This document shows positions 25,228 to 28,400 of a DNA stretch of 28,400 bases, piece by piece; position 1 is the first letter of the stretch, and each line of letters starts with the position of its first letter. The notes beneath the pieces are model-generated. The model searched no databases. It was not told the origin of the DNA and worked only from the letters and a program-made list of their open reading frames with translations. Both the position numbers and the translations under genes were made by a program. The stretch spans positions 1-28,400 of the forward strand of contig CAZFAW010000002.1 of NCBI GenBank assembly GCA_964517015.1, written 5' to 3'. Source of the stretch: an uncultured Chryseobacterium sp. (lineage in GTDB: Bacteria > Bacteroidota > Bacteroidia > Flavobacteriales_F > PHOS-HE28).

Positions 25228-28200
25228 ATGGCGCGCGTGCTCCCCCTCGTGGCCGGCTGGTTTTTCGGACTCGTCCTTGCGCCCGCGGCGCTACGTGCAC
25301 AGTCGCCGGAACGATCCCTTTTGATCGACACCATCGACCTGGCCTTCTCCAGGATCACCATCGATCAAGGGCTCTCGCAGGGCATGGTGAGCGCCATCGC
25401 ACAGGACCTTCATGGCTTCCTGTGGTTCGGCACCAAGGATGGCCTGAACCGGTACGACGGTTACCGGTTCACCGTGTTCCGGCACGATGCCTCCGATACC
25501 ACCAGCCTGCGCGAGAGCAACATCTCCGGCCTGCAGTGCGACCGCTACGGCCGCTTGTGGGTGGGAACGGCCACCGGGCTCGACCTCTTCAACGAGCGCA
25601 CGGAACGGTTCATCCACCTGCCCATCCGTGGGCCCGAAGGCGATTGGGGCAGTGTGGTGCATATCGTGCTCGACGACAATGGCGACCTGTGGGTGAGCAC
25701 CACCTCCGCCCTGGTGAAGCTCACGTTCGCCGAGCCCTTCACCGGCTACGACGTGCCCGCCTTCACCACCACCTGGTTCGGCCATGGCTACGCCACCGTG
25801 AGCCGCACACGCGACGGGCAGCTCTGGGGGAACTTGAACGAGATCACCTTCCGCATCCGCCCTCGGCACGCCATGCCGGACGTGGTGGATACCATCGGTC
25901 GGATCGAATACTCCGAGGCCAATATGCAGTTCGGTGCGCTCGCGGTGATGGAGGATACCCTGCGCGACATCGTCTACGGGATCTACCAGAACGGGATCGT
26001 GAAGGTGGATCCCCGCACCGGAGCGATCCAGTACCTCTTGAAGGACACGGAGAAGCTGCGCTGGCTGCAAGCGCTCCATCCGGTGGTGGACCGCAAAGGC
26101 TTGCTGTGGTTCTCCACCTTCCAGGGCCTGTACCGGTTCGATCCGGAGAAGCGCCAACTCACGTTCGTGCGCGCATCGGACCCGGACATGCGCCAGGTTT
26201 TGGCTTCCTTGAAGTGGACGCACCTGGATCGGAACGGCACCTTCTGGATCGGCACGTCGGGCTACGGGTTGATCAAGTACGATCCGCGGAACGAACGGTT
26301 CAACAACTGGCAGAGCGCGAGCATCCGCGCGCTGGCCGCGACCAGGGAAGGTCGGGTGCTGGCTTCGTTCTACGACCGGTTCATCACGGTGCTCGACCCC
26401 GTGCGGCGCACCACAGCCTTCGAGGTCCGGAACGCGCATCGGCAATGGCCCGCGCTCAAGGGCCAGCTGGCCACGGAGTACGCGGACATGACGGTGCAGG
26501 ACCGCGATGGTCGCTTGTGGTCCTTCGTGGCCTACGGCACACTGACCTGTTACGATCCCGCGACCGGTGCGTTGAGCATCCTGAAGCCCGAGATCGCTCC
26601 GGGCGTACGCGACGGCGGGTTCCACTTCCCGCTGCACATCGGCGCGGACAGCGCGCTGTGGTGCGGAGGGGACCGTGCCCTCTGGCGCGTGGACACGCGC
26701 ACGCACGCCTGCACGCCCTACCCGTGGCCGGTGCCGGTGGTGAACAATCCCTATCCCTTCACCACCGCCCTGTACCAGGGCGCCGATGGCGTGGTGTGGG
26801 CGGGCACCGTGAACGGCCTGCTGCGCATGGATGCCGCGACGAAGACCTGGAAGACCTACGCGCACGATCCGAAGGACAGCACCTCGCTCTCCGCGCCCAC
26901 GATCTTCTCCATCTGCCCGGACCCGGCGGACGGCCTGAACGTGCTGTGGATCGGCACCAACGGCGGCGGCTTGAACCGGTTGGATGTGCGCAGCGGCACC
27001 TTCACCCGCTTCACCACGCACGAAGGCCTGCCCAACGATGTGGTGTACGGCGTGCTGAGCGATGATCAGGGCTTCCTCTGGATGAGCACCAACAAGGGCA
27101 TCGCCCGCTTCGATCCGCGCACCCGCACCTTCCGCAACTTCAACGCCGGTGATGGGTTGCAGAGCGATGAGTTCAATCGCCATGCGTATTGCAAGGACGG
27201 CCGTGGCTGGCTCTACTTCGGCGGGGTGAACGGCCTGAACTACTTCGATCCCCGCGCATTGCAACAGGACAGCACGCCCGTGGAGGTGCTGATCACCGGC
27301 ATCAAGCTCATCAACAAGACCGTGGAGTTCGGCCAGCCCGGATCACCGCTCCAACTGCCGGTGCATCTGAGCCGGGGCATGACCATTCCGTACAGTGCGA
27401 ACATGGTCACCTTCAGCTTCGCCACCATGGAATTCGCCGCCCCGGAGCTGCACGAGTACCGCTACAAGCTCGAAGGCTTCGACGACGATTGGATCGATGC
27501 GGGTGCCGCCAACAGCGCCGTCTATACCAACCTGGACCCGGGCACCTACACCTTCCACGTGCGCGGCCGCAACCGCGATGGGATCTGGGATACGAAGGGT
27601 GCATCGTTCAGCCTTACCGTGCTGCCCCCGTGGTGGCGCACGTGGTGGTTCTACACGCTTTGCGGGATCGTGATCATCGGAGGCACCTTGCTGTACATCC
27701 GCAGCTTGCGCGTGCAGCAGGTGGTGCTGGAGCGTACCGTGGCCGACCGCACCCGCGAACTGAGGCACGAAAAGGACCGCAGCGAGGAACTTCTGAAGAA
27801 CATCCTGCCTGAGAACGTGGCCAACGAACTGAAGGTGCGCGGCACCGCGGAGGCGCGCAGCTTCGACCAGGTCACCGTGCTCTTCAGCGACTTCCGCGAT
27901 TTCACGCGCATCACCGAACAACTCACGGCCGCCGAACTGGTGGAGGAGCTCAACGTCTGTTTCAACGCCTTCGACCGCATCATGGAGAAGTACGGCGTGG
28001 AGAAGATCAAGACCATCGGCGATGCGTACATGGCCGCCGGCGGCGTGCCCGATCCCAGCGGTGGCATGCCCGTGGCCGTGGTGCTCGCCGGCCTGGAGAT
28101 GCAGCACATCCTGCGCGAACGGCAGGCCGAACGCAGGGCCCTCGGCAAACCCACCTTCGAGATGCGCGTGGGCATCCACACCGGGCCCGTGGTGGCGGGG

Positions 28201-28400
28201 ATCGTGGGACGCCGCAAGTTCCAGTACGACATCTGGGGCGATACGGTGAACGTGGCCAGCCGCATGGAAAGCACGGGCGAACCGGGCGAGGTGAACATCA
28301 GCGGGGCCACCTACGAACTCGTCAAGAACGAACCGGGCCTGCTCTTCACCCCGCGTGGCCGCGTGAGCGCGAAAGGCAAGGGCGAACTGGAGATGTACTA
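25228..28400 (+). CDS. Two-component-regulator propeller + Y_Y_Y sensor fused to class III adenylate cyclase (cyclase C; runs off the right edge)
   Basis: Manual translation from ATG 25228: signal peptide ending LRAQ; propeller repeats (GLSQGMVSAIAQDLHGFLWFGTKDGLNRYDG, GLPNDVVYGVLSDDQGFLWMST, DGLQSDEFN); Y_Y_Y (YRYKLEGFDDDW...YTNLDPGTYTFHV); TM; [36 protein letters not shown]. Frame checked at several points. Confidence 0.9.
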   Translation, partial: MARVLPLVAGWFFGLVLAPAALRAQSPERSLLIDTIDLAFSRITIDQGLSQGMVSAIAQDLHGFLWFGTKDGLNRYDGYRFTVFRHDASDTTSLRESNISGLQCDRYGRLWVGTATGLDLFNERTERFIHLPIRGPEGDWGSVVHIVLDDNGDLWVSTTSALVKLTFAEPFTGYDVPAFTTTWFGHGYATVSRTRDGQLWGNLNEITFRIRPRHAMPDVVDTIGRIEYSEANMQFGALAVMEDTLRDIVYGIYQNGIVKVDPRTGAIQYLLKDTEKLRWLQALHPVVDRKGLLWFSTFQGLYRFDPEKRQLTFVRASDPDMRQVLASLKWTHLDRNGTFWIGTSGYGLIKYDPRNERFNNWQSASIRALAATREGRVLASFYDRFITVLDPVRRTTAFEVRNAHRQWPALKGQLATEYADMTVQDRDGRLWSFVAYGTLTCYDPATGALSILKPEIAPGVRDGGFHFPLHIGADSALWCGGDRALWRVDTRTHACTPYPWPVPVVNNPYPFTTALYQGADGVVWAGTVNGLLRMDAATKTWKTYAHDPKDSTSLSAPTIFSICPDPADGLNVLWIGTNGGGLNRLDVRSGTFTRFTTHEGLPNDVVYGVLSDDQGFLWMSTNKGIARFDPRTRTFRNFNAGDGLQSDEFNRHAYCKDGRGWLYFGGVNGLNYFDPRALQQDSTPVEVLITGIKLINKTVEFGQPGSPLQLPVHLSRGMTIPYSANMVTFSFATMEFAAPELHEYRYKLEGFDDDWIDAGAANSAVYTNLDPGTYTFHVRGRNRDGIWDTKGASFSLTVLPPWWRTWWFYTLCGIVIIGGTLLYIRSLRVQQVVLERTVADRTRELRHEKDRSEELLKNILPENVANELKVRGTAEARSFDQVTVLFSDFRDFTRITEQLTAAELVEELNVCFNAFDRIMEKYGVEKIKTIGDAYMAAGGVPDPSGGMPVAVVLAGLEMQHILRERQAERRALGKPTFEMRVGIHTGPVVAGIVGRRKFQYDIWGDTVNVASRMESTGEPGEVNISGATYELVKNEPGLLFTPRGRVSAKGKGELEMY

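Overview
High-GC Bacteroidota DNA, probably a Flavobacteriales-like lineage. This is inferred from three T9SS C-terminal sorting domains, Bacteroidota-type -7 promoter motifs, and many signal peptides ending in A-Q. The left half holds a partial MMPL/RND transporter, a WG-repeat protein, a 1593-aa T9SS type-B repeat surface protein with a perfect 389-bp internal duplication, a spermidine-synthase-like methyltransferase and a membrane adenylate cyclase coupled to a repeat protein. It also holds an operon of three paralogous carboxypeptidase-regulatory-like proteins and folP. The right half (14.7-28.4 kb) is a signalling island: a Kelch T9SS cargo, a TPR-sensor HisKA_3 kinase with a NarL/LuxR regulator, two tandem TPR-sensor adenylate cyclases, a second T9SS cargo, an orphan cyclase fragment, phnA/yjdM, and a partial propeller/Y_Y_Y-sensor adenylate cyclase. 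The best new signal is a 16-bp TAC-N10-GTA-type (NarL 7-2-7-like) box lying 22-23 nt upstream of a -7-like element at four promoters: Kelch cargo, HK-RR, cyclase pair and second T9SS cargo. This suggests a compact autoregulated regulon linking a two-component system to cAMP synthesis and T9SS cargo expression. Two of the cyclases also carry different in-frame short-repeat insertions at the same loop. All calls come from reading the sequence; no database search was run.
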